64,000 nucleotides of DNA, from positions 62,001 to 126,000 of the forward strand of contig RHPI01002504.1 of the NCBI GenBank assembly GCA_009103225.1. Reading direction: 5' to 3'. This document shows, one piece after another, positions 53,251 to 64,000 of the stretch. Position 1 is the first letter of the stretch, and each line of letters begins with the position of its first letter. The notes below the pieces were generated by a model. The model saw only the letters and a list, made by a program, of their open reading frames with translations, made no database searches and was not told the DNA's origin. The translations under genes and the position numbers were made by a program. Source of the stretch: Chlorokybus atmophyticus. Its lineage: Eukaryota; Plantae; Mesostigma and Chlorokybus algae.

Positions 53251-54081
53251 TGGGCGTGCTCATACAGTTGTTGCGATGGTGAAAGTGTATGAAGGGTAGA
53301 GTGTTTGTGCTCTACACGGTTATCTCATTGCTACTACCACTCACCGCACTAGTGCTTGTGCGCAGTATGTGATGACAGTGATAATAATGCACGATGATGT
53401 ATCCCACTGCAAGCTGCACTTTTGGTGTGCAGGATGCAACCACACTCATTTTAGCAAAGAGGGTAACACTGTGAGTCAACAAGCCACTACTAAAGGTAGT
53501 GCTGTTTACACGGGTCGTTGCATGAGTGGAAAATGTGTTACACTATTAAGTGGTGAATGAGCAAGCAACACGTGAATGCTATGCCCTGACTAATGCCAAC
53601 AAGCACACCGCGATCCAGCACACCAAGCTCACAGCAATAACAAGCACGGTGCACACGAGCATGCACAGACTTTCACACGGTGAGGGGATTCTTGGTAACC
53701 AGGATAGCGTGTTTGTAGTTCAAGTCGCTTCACACAAGCTCCTAGCTTTCTCACTGACAGTGTCACCAGCTGATCCGGTGAACACCGCGACTACATGTAC
53801 AAGTTAAATTATCATGACTGTTCAGAACACAAGCTAACGATCATATAAGGGCTATTCCCACAAGAAACTCCCCTTCGATATAGAACATAATGTATAACTG
53901 ACTTCACAAGTGAAACAGCTACGCGCGGTGCCTATGTAGACTACGGTCATGAGCTAGTCCAAGGTCATGATCTAGCTACTCGTCAGTGACGCGCGCGGGT
54001 TGGTATGCTGATAGTCCGAGCGAGGGTCTTGATGTGAGCATGCCCGATGTAGGCTAGCACACGAGGACAATTGGCATGGCA

Positions 54082-56839
54082 TCTTGCTCAATGGTAGTGT
54101 AGTTCACCTCTGCTGGGATGAATTTCCTACTCGCATAAGCACATGGTCTGCCATTTTGCAACAATACTGCACTACATCAAAGGGTGGAGGCATTGCTCAC
54201 CACAGTGAAGTGTTTATCCTAATTTGGCAATGCCAACACTGATGCCGAAAAGTCAAGGCCAACTTCACTTGTTGCATAGCAGCTTCTTGTGCTGCTGTCC
54301 AAGAGAATGGGGCATCCTTACGCAACAATTTAGTTAGAGGCACCACAACTGTAGAGTACCCCATCAGAAAACTTGCGAGAATAGTTTGCCAACCCTAAAA
54401 ATGACCGCAACTACTGGATATTCTCGGGTTGAGGCCATTCTTCAACCACTTGCACTTTGCGAGGGTTAGGTTTAACACCCTCCCCACTGACAATATGCCC
54501 TAAGATTGGCAACTCAATCTTGCAAACGTCACACTTTGACTAGTTGGCATAAGCGGTGTGTTTGCAATAAAGCAAACACCGCTTTCAGATGCCTTCTGTG
54601 CTCTTCTTTTATTTTACTGAAGACAATCATGTTATCTAAGTAAACCATAACATGCTTTCCAAGAATGTTACTAAAATCTTATTCATTTCCTTTTTAAACA
54701 CCGCAGGTGCATTTTTCAATCCAACAATAGTACTTTGTATTGATAATGGCCTGAGGGTGTTCTAAATGCCGTTTTGTGGACATCAGAAGGGTGAATACGG
54801 ATTTGATGATACCCACTTGTCAAATCTAGCGTATTGAAATACGCATTACCCGACAGCTTTTCAAACACATCAACAACCCGCAATAGCGGGTATTGATGTT
54901 TTATCGTGATCTTGTTCAAAGCACGATAATCCATCCACACACATGCGCAATTTCCCACTCTTTTTCATCACAAACAAGATGGGTGCGCCAAAGGGTGAAG
55001 AACTTAGTTCAATCAATCCCTTTTCCAACAACTCTCTGATTTGTGTTTCCATTTCCTCCCTCTCATTGGGGCTTAGCCTATATATTGGCCGAAACAGGGG
55101 TTTACCATCAGGAATAACCGGATTGTGTGTCCAACACCTCGATCATGGTGTAAGTCTGGCAACTCATCTCAGAATATGTTTTGATACTGATGAATGATGT
55201 CTGCAACACCTTCCGTACTGCCTGGCACAAAGTCGTCAAACGACGTTAAGTGCACCAGAAAAACCGGTGTGTTTTTACGCAATGCACGCTTCACTTGCAG
55301 TGCAGTGAGAAGCGCGGGGTCAGTTTGCTTATGTTCCAAGCTATGTGACCCTATCACAGACAATATTACACTCTTACGGCCCTTCTTCACTGTGCAATCG
55401 TGCGCCGGTATCCAATGTCATTTCGACATTATCCTGCCATTCTTGTCCTAGCACCACATCAACACCAACTATGTTAATGGACACTATTACAAAAGTTAGG
55501 TTGGCATAATAACTACCAATCTTTACTTTCGTTTTGATTTCTCCTTTCATTGGCAACGCTCCCCCAGCATCGGCAGCTGAAAATGCTGAGGGTTTGCACA
55601 TTATTTTATTGCGCACAACCCATTGTTCCCCAATAAAGTTGTGTGTCGCATCAGTGTCAATCAAGATCGAACTATTTACAACCTGCATTGTGCCATTGAA
55701 TGTCCACAACAAAGGTACCACTCGTCCTTGAACAGTAGCCAAGAGTCCGTGACTAATGCGGGGGTTGATCAAAAAAGCTGACAATCGTACTAACCTTGTT
55801 TCACGCTTGCTGAATTGTTACAACACAGTAACCCCCCGTGTGCTTGCTTTCACCATAAGCCATGATACTTTGGCACTATTACCACCATACTCAAGGTTTT
55901 GTGCTTGTTTTGCAAGTAAGTCAATGCATGCAACACGTCAGTAAGCATGTTGAATTTCACAAGTACCAGTACACAAGCATTTCCTTCCACTTTTTCAACA
56001 ATCAAAAGTGGCAGCTTGTCATATGCTTGCCATGCATGTGTCATTACATGCACTTGGGACAGATCATTATCCAAGTTTACTGCCTGCATCTCAAGCAACT
56101 GGCTATCAACCACTTTTGTATCAGTCTCGGCGTAATCGTATTCAGCTTTCTTGGCCTTGCCCTTCGCCTTGTTTGGGCAGATTTTTGCAATGTGGCCCGG
56201 CTGACGGCACATGAAACAGTTGCGAGCCGCAGCAGGCGCGACACCACTTGTAGCACCTGTGTGGGGCATATAAGTCTTCGGCTTCTTTGCCGCGTGCACA
56301 CTCAGTTGAGGGTAATGCTTGCCTCCCACTCCATGCGGCTTAGCCGCAGCTGCTATATGTGATTTTTTCTGCATCGCCATGTCGTCATTGTACATGTATG
56401 CACTCAGCTTCTGCAATGTGGCCAAGTCGGTAGGAACCCAAGGCATTCCCGTTGCCGTGTTGTACTGCAGCTGATTGCGCACCCGCGCATCTAAGCCGCG
56501 CTTGTACAACTCAAGCTGCTCGGCCTTATCCATGAGCATCAGGCCACTGTTGGCGCAACCCACCAATGTCTGAAACTCTTGCAGATACATGAAGCGGCCC
56601 GACCCACCTGTTGCAACTTGCTGAGCTTGTTGCGAGCATGAGTAGCCGAGTCCATGCCACCATAGCGTTCCACCAGAAACTGATACAGTGCTTCTACTGT
56701 CTTTAAAGCACCATCATCTGTCTGTCTCGCCCATTCGGTGAGTGCGTCAGACGGCATAAGCAACTCAGCAATAGCAATGTGCTCACCAACCGGGCGTCTT
56801 AATGCTATTAAATAGTGCTTTACGGTCACCACCTCGTCG
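54082..56839 (-). mobile_element. Chromovirus gag-pol 5' half, degenerate: gag (CCHC), protease, RT, RNase H N-terminus
   Basis: CFMCRQPGHIAKIC; ILIDTDATHNFI; IYRLSP...IELSSSPFGAPILFV.KKSGKLRMCV/DYRALN...DLTSGYHQIRI...KTAFRTP.GHY; GRPCAYASRKFIPAEVNYTTIEQ. Confidence 0.9.
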
Positions 56840-57004
56840 TGTCTTATGTCGATATCAGTGTTACTTATCGTTACACTACATTCGGCCATTACCACTAGGT
56901 TAATGGCCCTAATATGGCTTAGTTGATTGTATAATCCCGTTGGGACCCTTATTAAATTATAGATAAGGGTGGGAAATCTTGATGGAGGTAGCACTCTGTT
57001 TACA
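56840..57004 (-). mobile_element. 5' LTR of chromovirus-type element
   Basis: TGTAAAC...AGACA; about four-fifths identical to 38406-38568 by hand alignment; lies directly upstream of gag. Confidence 0.8.
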
Positions 57005-57875
57005 GCATTGGCCTCCCCTCTTTTACAGTACTACTTAGCGTAATCAGTAACTGTCAGATGCAGTTCGTGTCCGTTGTCTCATAAACACGTATGCATTGGC
57101 ATGTGACCTCTTATTAACGGGAGCGCAGGGTACTACCTACTGTAAGTGTCATGCCTATATGGCTGACAAAAGTCACAGAGAATGATTAAGTCTCCGTACC
57201 TTATTGATGTGAGTTGGAAGGGACTATTGGGTTTCCCATGCCTTAAGCGAGTGTAGTGCTTACGGGGTGTGCTCTCATGCGGTCTGCTCTTAAGCCTATG
57301 CGGCCTTGAGTATGATAACTACAGTGTAGTACTTGTGTAGTTACTACACAAGGCATCAATGAGGGCTAGCACATAGCTATTCAATGCTTATGGCATGTAA
57401 CCCTTTGTCATTTCTAGTATTGCGAGTTGCCACAAAAAGTGGCAGTCACGAAATTGTGAGCCATGTTGGCAAACCACATGAAGTGTATTGTGGTAGTGCA
57501 ATTTGCCATTCGTATGACAGTCCCAAGGCAAATGGTGCTTGTGGCAATCCGTAAGTACATGTGAATTAAGGGAGCCTGAGTTTGTAGCTCTAAGGTAGGA
57601 TTAGGTAACAATCCTACCTCTAAGAGTAACGGTTACTCCTGCGATAACCCAAGGTAGTTGAATACTCCCGAGGTGGAGTATGTTGGTTCCGATGTGGGAA
57701 CAAGGTCCGACCTAAGCTAGCGCATGGTGACAAGGCCTAGGTGGCCATGAACATCATGTGTGCCAAGTCGGGAGACCAGCATGTGGTATAAGTGCTAAGT
57801 TGCATCCTTGAGTAGGGATCGGATTTGTAGGGATCGGTTCATTACTTAAGACATCAATGTGTGTTTGCCTTGCAA

Positions 57876-58180
57876 GAGGGCCACTTGTGCATGGGGTGCC
57901 TAGTCGTTAGCTGTTGAAGGGGCTCTCTCCCTCATCCCTTGTGGGGTGTGGGGTGGTGGTGTTGTGCACGTGTGTGTTGTGGGCGCGGGTGTGCCTGGAG
58001 CTGGTGGTAGAGCTGAGTGAAGAGGCCGATGGTCATCCTCTCCTCCCTTGGTGCTGAGCTACAACTTTCCCTGCAAGGTGCTGCAGATGTGACGCTAGTG
58101 GGACTTCCGTTTGTAAGTCCTCCGTGCTTGTGCATAAGTTTGCCGATTGGACCAGCAGGTAAGTGAGTGGTATCGTTACA
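57876..58180 (-). mobile_element. LTR-like remnant (second family) followed by PBS-like TGGCCCTC
   Basis: TGTAACGATACCAC...GCACA-AG-TGGCCCTC; an inverted homolog lies at 61027-61316. Confidence 0.6.
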
Positions 58181-58869
58181 ATAGGCTTTTGTACGATCGC
58201 AGCCATGCTGTCACACTATGGCACAAGGTTGCAGTGTGTGTGTGGTTGTGTAGAAAGAATCGTGCACAGCTTGCATGGTATCAAAGGGAAGATTTGTGAT
58301 TGCTAGCAACAGGCATTTAATTTGCTACGTGAAAACACAATTGGTTTAAATTTAACGGCAGTGCCACGCTAGTGCGGTTGCCACATTTTACACAAGACGA
58401 ACAAGTACGGACAGGTGCTACCAATATTAGCAACTTGGTGCGTTTTAAGTTGTCTGCTTACAAGCTGGTCAAGCCACTCTTACCGGTACATAAAAGACGG
58501 TTTGCAGAAAAGGAGCGCGCACATAACACAAACATTATTAGGACAAACGCAGGTGCACGCATAGGGTAACACGGCAGGGCTTGAACCACAGCAGACACAA
58601 CAAGATAATGAACAAGAGATAGGGAAATGCCTACCAGACAACACACTTGTACGTATACGCTGATTACCCACTTGACTAGGCTATGCTAGAGAGGTGCCTA
58701 TACGCGAGCGGGATTGGTGCCTACGTGTAAAGCAGGCTTGGTAGAAAGGTCAGTGGTGGACCAGCGGCATGTCACTAAGCTGAGCTATATAGCGTAAAAG
58801 AGGCAAGGAGAGGTGAATAACGCACCAGCCCACGTGCAATTAGCGGTCACGCCGCCAAGTGTGCCACTT

Positions 58870-59388
<519 letters not shown>

Positions 59389-59701
59389 TCCAAAAGGGGG
59401 AGCATGTCAGAATTTGACATGCTTGCACAACACATGCGCACAGCCTTGCGCAACGCGCACGCGCGCGCACACACACACGCATCGAGGAAATGCTTTATGC
59501 GGCATGAGTTGATAAGGGTGTGCAAGCTGTGCAGCAGCTGTGACCGTTACAGTGTTGCCTGTCTGGTGCATTGCTGAAGTACAACGGCAATCGCAGTGCG
59601 GGATCTGCGCTTTAATCCATTGGTAATGGAGGGTTTTGGAGCGATGATGGGGAGAGTTTCGTTGTTCACGACAACCAAACTCCTTAGAGGGCATGATGCC
59701 C

Positions 59702-59734
59702 AGGCCCTAGCAAGGACGGTCCTTGCTAGGGCCT
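59702..59734. repeat. Perfect 16-bp inverted repeat with 1-nt spacer
   Basis: aggccctagcaaggac-g-gtccttgctagggcct. Confidence 0.9.
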
Positions 59735-61026
59735 AATGTCTCGATTTTAGTTAGCAATGATGCGGCGGGAATGTGTGTAGGCACTGCAAAGTGATAGGCA
59801 ATTATGTCAAACTCAGGCACGCATAGCTACCAAGCTAGTTCAACTAGCTTCCCAATGAGGCAATTGCAAAAGTGGTAGTGGTAGGCTTAATATTGGAGAA
59901 ACTCGACTCCTGAGGTAGTTTAACTTAAGGGAGCGTTGCGTTGATAATTGATGCGTAATGGGATGAGGCACAGTGGAGTGCAAGGCACTTTGAACGTGTG
60001 ACACCATTACGGTGAGGCCAAGTGTATACAGTACAAATTTTGATGGTTCACATTGAGAATCCGTATGCTCACAAGCAAGGCTGGCAAGGCAGGCAGCCTT
60101 GCCAGATGTCTCAGACCCCGAGTTCAGAACATAGCAACCAGTACTTGTGCAAGTGTGTAATAAAATATAAAACACAAAAACTCACTTAAACTCGAGCTCG
60201 TTATAATGTTAACTAGATCCAATCAACAAAACAATTTGTATGTTAGGTGTAATGCAACTTAATTTTAAAATCGGCATGATGCGATTGTAAATAATAATCT
60301 ACAATAATCGCATCATCATTTTTGTGTATGCATGTGTCATGCGCGTGCGCGTCGGTGGTGCAACGCATTAGTTATAAAGGGTCTCACGGTTATATTACAC
60401 GAGTTGGGGCTAAGTTATGGTCAGCACATCGAGGTGTAACTTAATTACGCTGGTAGGACTCATATGTGATGGAAAGTCGCTGGTTGTCACTGATTTGGGA
60501 GTTGTATGTAGTTATGGCAGCTAACGTGACTAAACCGATTAGAGAGACATGTTACGGAGGGTATGTATGCGTCATTGACTTGTGTTGCAGCTAGTTGAGC
60601 GCAAGTCCCTTGTTCTATTGGGAGTATACAGCTGCTTGGAAGGCTTCAAGACTTGGTTGGCTGTTGCCTTGGTTGTATGCTTGCCTTGAGTGTGCACATG
60701 CTTGGATGTGCCGGTGTGAAGTGTATAAGCGTGTGCCACACCTTGTAAACGGACGGAGCCACATGCCCCCGTGCATCACATGCCAATTGCAAGTGTAGCA
60801 GCCCATTCTTTGGTCCAGGTTAGCTAACACACGCGCTTGTTATGAGTGTCGTACCATGTGTGTGAGTATGTACACTTGTGGGGCATCTTCGGAAGGTCTC
60901 GAGCTAGCACACATGCATGGAAGAAGCTACAACGTGTGAAGATTAAGAAGGTGCAGCATCATAAGGCCATGACAAGCGCAAAGACGACATCCTCGAGCAA
61001 CGACGAGATATGGCACGACACATGCA

Positions 61027-61316
61027 TATAACAATACCACTACTTACTTGCTGGTCAGGGCTTGGGAAGCTTATGCACAAGCACTAAGGATTTACAGCGC
61101 AAGTCCCACCACCACAGTGCAGGGTAAGTTGCAGCACCAAGGGAGCAGAGCATGACCACCAACCACTCACATAGGTACATCCTTAGGCACACTCACGCCC
61201 AACACACCCACACCAACACACACTACACCACACCCCACAAGGGATGAGGGGGAGAGCCCGTTCAACAGCTATTAGTTAGGGACCCCAGACACAAGTCACA
61301 CACACTAGTGGCCCTC
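61027..61316 (+). mobile_element. LTR-like remnant (second family), inverted relative to 57876-58180
   Basis: TATAACAATACCAC...CACACCCCACAAGGGATGAGGG...GACACA...TGGCCCTC aligns with the reverse complement of 57876-58180. Confidence 0.6.
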
Positions 61317-61339
61317 AAGTGGTGAACACACTCCCATTC

Positions 61340-61880
61340 CTACTCAAAGTTGCTACAAGGCGTTTGTACCATTTGCTGCTCTCCCGACCTGGCAATGTTG
61401 TACCGTATGATCCAGACATATTGCTATTGTGGAGGGCTCACATGAACATTCAACGCATATCACATGGTGCGTGGTCGTATTATATTATATGCTATGAAGT
61501 GCAAACCCGTAGGGAAATTAAATATGAATCCCAATGATGCTCGAGATTTGAATTTTTATTTTCGGTTACGTAATAATGAATTACGAGGCGTGTCTGCTTC
61601 AGTACTCTCTCGACCTGTCAGGCCTACAGAGTCTGCACGATTGTGGTAAAAAGTCTCTACAATTGATCAAAGTCGCGCAATTCACATCTTCGATTCATCC
61701 TCACCAACTATGCGCTTTAAGATGCTTTGTCAAAGATGCTCTGTCAGTTCACGACCTCATGTGCCATCTCCTGTTAATATATGCTGCGCGAGCCCGCATG
61801 CTTTATTTGAAATTACATTTTATATGCTGCGCGAGCCCGCATGCTTTATTTGAAATTACATTTTATGCTTATTTTGAGCA

Positions 61881-61922
<42 letters not shown>

Positions 61923-63670
61923 GAAAAAGCACGGGTGTGAACGAGTAACGTGGTAAAGTATATTAACGTGGAGTCTTTGGGAAAGTACGTTTACGAGCTG
62001 AAACAATTGCGCCTGGTTCGATTTTTAAGCTTTCATTCTGTTTCTTACATAAAAGCTTACTTTTACAACCATCTGTTAAAATATGTATGCTTTCGCATGG
62101 ATTTGAGCTGTTGAGTGTAAACAACTTAGATTGTGCATATTATATTAAGTGTGTGATAAAAAGTTTGATATCAAATAATAATGATCTTGAAGATATAGTG
62201 CAGTGTAACTACGCTCCTGACAATATGCATGGTGATAAACAGATTCAAATGTTGAATCAAGTACAACGATACATGAGCGGTTTCCTTTTAGTGCAAGGTC
62301 TAGCAAGCCGTGTGTAAAACAATCAAATAGACGTGCAATTGGACTCAATACAAGATATATGCTATTCGACTGAGTTTGCTCATCTGCAGCATTTACCGTT
62401 ATCACAACAACAGCGACTTGTGTTTAATTCAATTGTGACAAGTACAGCGGGATTACATATTGTGTACGGACTTCCGGACTGTGGGAAAACCTTTTCAACT
62501 CAGCATATCATCAACCATTACCGTGCTCAAGGTGTCGTGTGTTTGGTAATGCATCCACAGAGGCAGCAGCTTGTCATTTAAGCAAAAGTGCCAAAACCGT
62601 GCACGCAGCATTTGCAACGAATCTCAGGTGTGTATGTCTCACACCTATTGATGCTACAAACGAATTGTTGCAGGTGTTATTATTATACAAAGTGTTTATC
62701 ATCGATGAAATCTTGATGTTATCTGCAATGTTGTTTAATTATATTACGAACAGAATACGACAAGTGCACAATTTTGTTGGGCAGTTTTTACTGTTTCATG
62801 AGTTGTTACAAATCGTACAAGTTGTATTGATTGGAGATGTAAAACAGTTACCACCTGTATGCTTCTATGCTTCCAAAACAGTTACCACCTGTATGCTTCT
62901 ATAGAACTAAAGGAGTATGTTTGACTTGTCATATCGGTTATGCAAGTTTACTGCTTATTGCTTAAATTCATAATGTGAAAGTTTTCGTGCGCCATGCCAC
63001 TGACACGGACTTTTTTTTGATTATTTTGAACAAAATACGAAGCGACGCCTATGCAACAAGACGTTGACAGCATTCTTGGTACGTGTTATATAACAGAGGA
63101 TGATGCTATACGTCGTATGTCGAGTGACACTACCATACCGTGTTCACATGTTGCTGATGCACGACGTTACAGTATATTAATGTTTAATAGATCATTCACA
63201 TTGCTGAACTACAATAGTGTCTGAATGACATCAATTTTCATGCCGTTGGTTAAATAGCAATTGGAGCCAAAATCATGATGACGTACAATCTTGAAATTGC
63301 AGAAGGGGTCATTTATGGAGTATGCGGAGTTGTTACACAACTACATTTTAAAGGGTGTAAAACAGTAGGCTTTGTTGTAATGTTGTCCAATGGTTACACT
63401 CAACTCGTGAAACAAAGTTTTGTTTGAAAAACACACCTACGTGGAGTGACTTATTAGAAATGAACGTTTTCAGTAACATTGGCTTATGCCATCACAGTAC
63501 ACAGAAGTCAAGGAGTCACAATAGCGCCACACACACTGATACATATCAAGGAATCGTTTTGTCCAGGGCTATGGTATGTAGCTTTGTCCCGTGTCACCAA
63601 CCGACACCTTTTGAATATTGTGGGAAAGCCATCTGCATGCGATATGAAGCCCATACCTTGGAATATATAA
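61340..63670 (+). mobile_element. Helitron Rep/helicase remnant (Rep C-terminus + PIF1-like helicase), pseudogenised
   Basis: NVVPYDPDILLLWRAHMNIQ...WSYY; IVYGLPDCGKTF (motif I); FIIDEILML (II); IGDVKQLPPV (III); LAYAITVHRSQGVTI; GLWYVALSRV (VI). Many stops, and internal duplications at 61778-61863 (43 bp x2) and 62841-62902. Confidence 0.85.
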
Positions 63671-64000
63671 CATGTCCTTTGCAGATCGATTATGGCATCC
63701 ATGGACGAGCTGGATGACATCTTTAACATCATGAATCAAGAGTTTGCAAATCAACCTCGACACAGAGAGACTCTCTCCCCACAGCAACGTAGCGCATTGG
63801 ACAACAACGGCATTGAGCCAACACAATATAAAAGCGACTTGAAAAACAGAGGAACTAAACGCGCTGTTCGAAAAAGGACGTGCACAGCGTGAAAGTTTCA
63901 AAACCGAAACTGGCAACCTTGATCCCCCAACTGGTGAGTGGTTTCTTGTAGCACATGGCACAATTGTGGCTTTTTTACGTACGCTTTCGCAACTATTGAT

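Overview
Eukaryotic, intron-rich green-plant (algal) genomic DNA from a gapped short-read-type assembly. The plant-type RPS30 C-terminus, split ACLA, telo-boxes and plant-type LRRs point to Viridiplantae, possibly a streptophyte alga (inference). The left ~34 kb is genic: a partial BTB/POZ gene, RGP1, two head-to-head class-3 lipase genes, RPS30, ATP-citrate lyase subunit A, a probably pseudogenised secreted-protein gene and an internally duplicated secreted LRR gene. The right ~26 kb is a nest of decayed transposons. A chromovirus-type Ty3/Gypsy element (LTRs 38406-38568 and 56840-57004) appears split inside its RNase H by a ~13.7 kb block. That block holds a second Ty3/Gypsy element whose pol carries a C5 DNA methyltransferase between protease and RT and a PHD finger after integrase, plus a Plavaka-like transposase remnant and gag fragments. 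Two inverted LTR+PBS-like remnants and a Helitron Rep/helicase remnant follow. The most notable signal is the DNMT+PHD retrotransposon; all TE copies here are inactivated by stops or frameshifts. Exon boundaries and alignments were done by hand.
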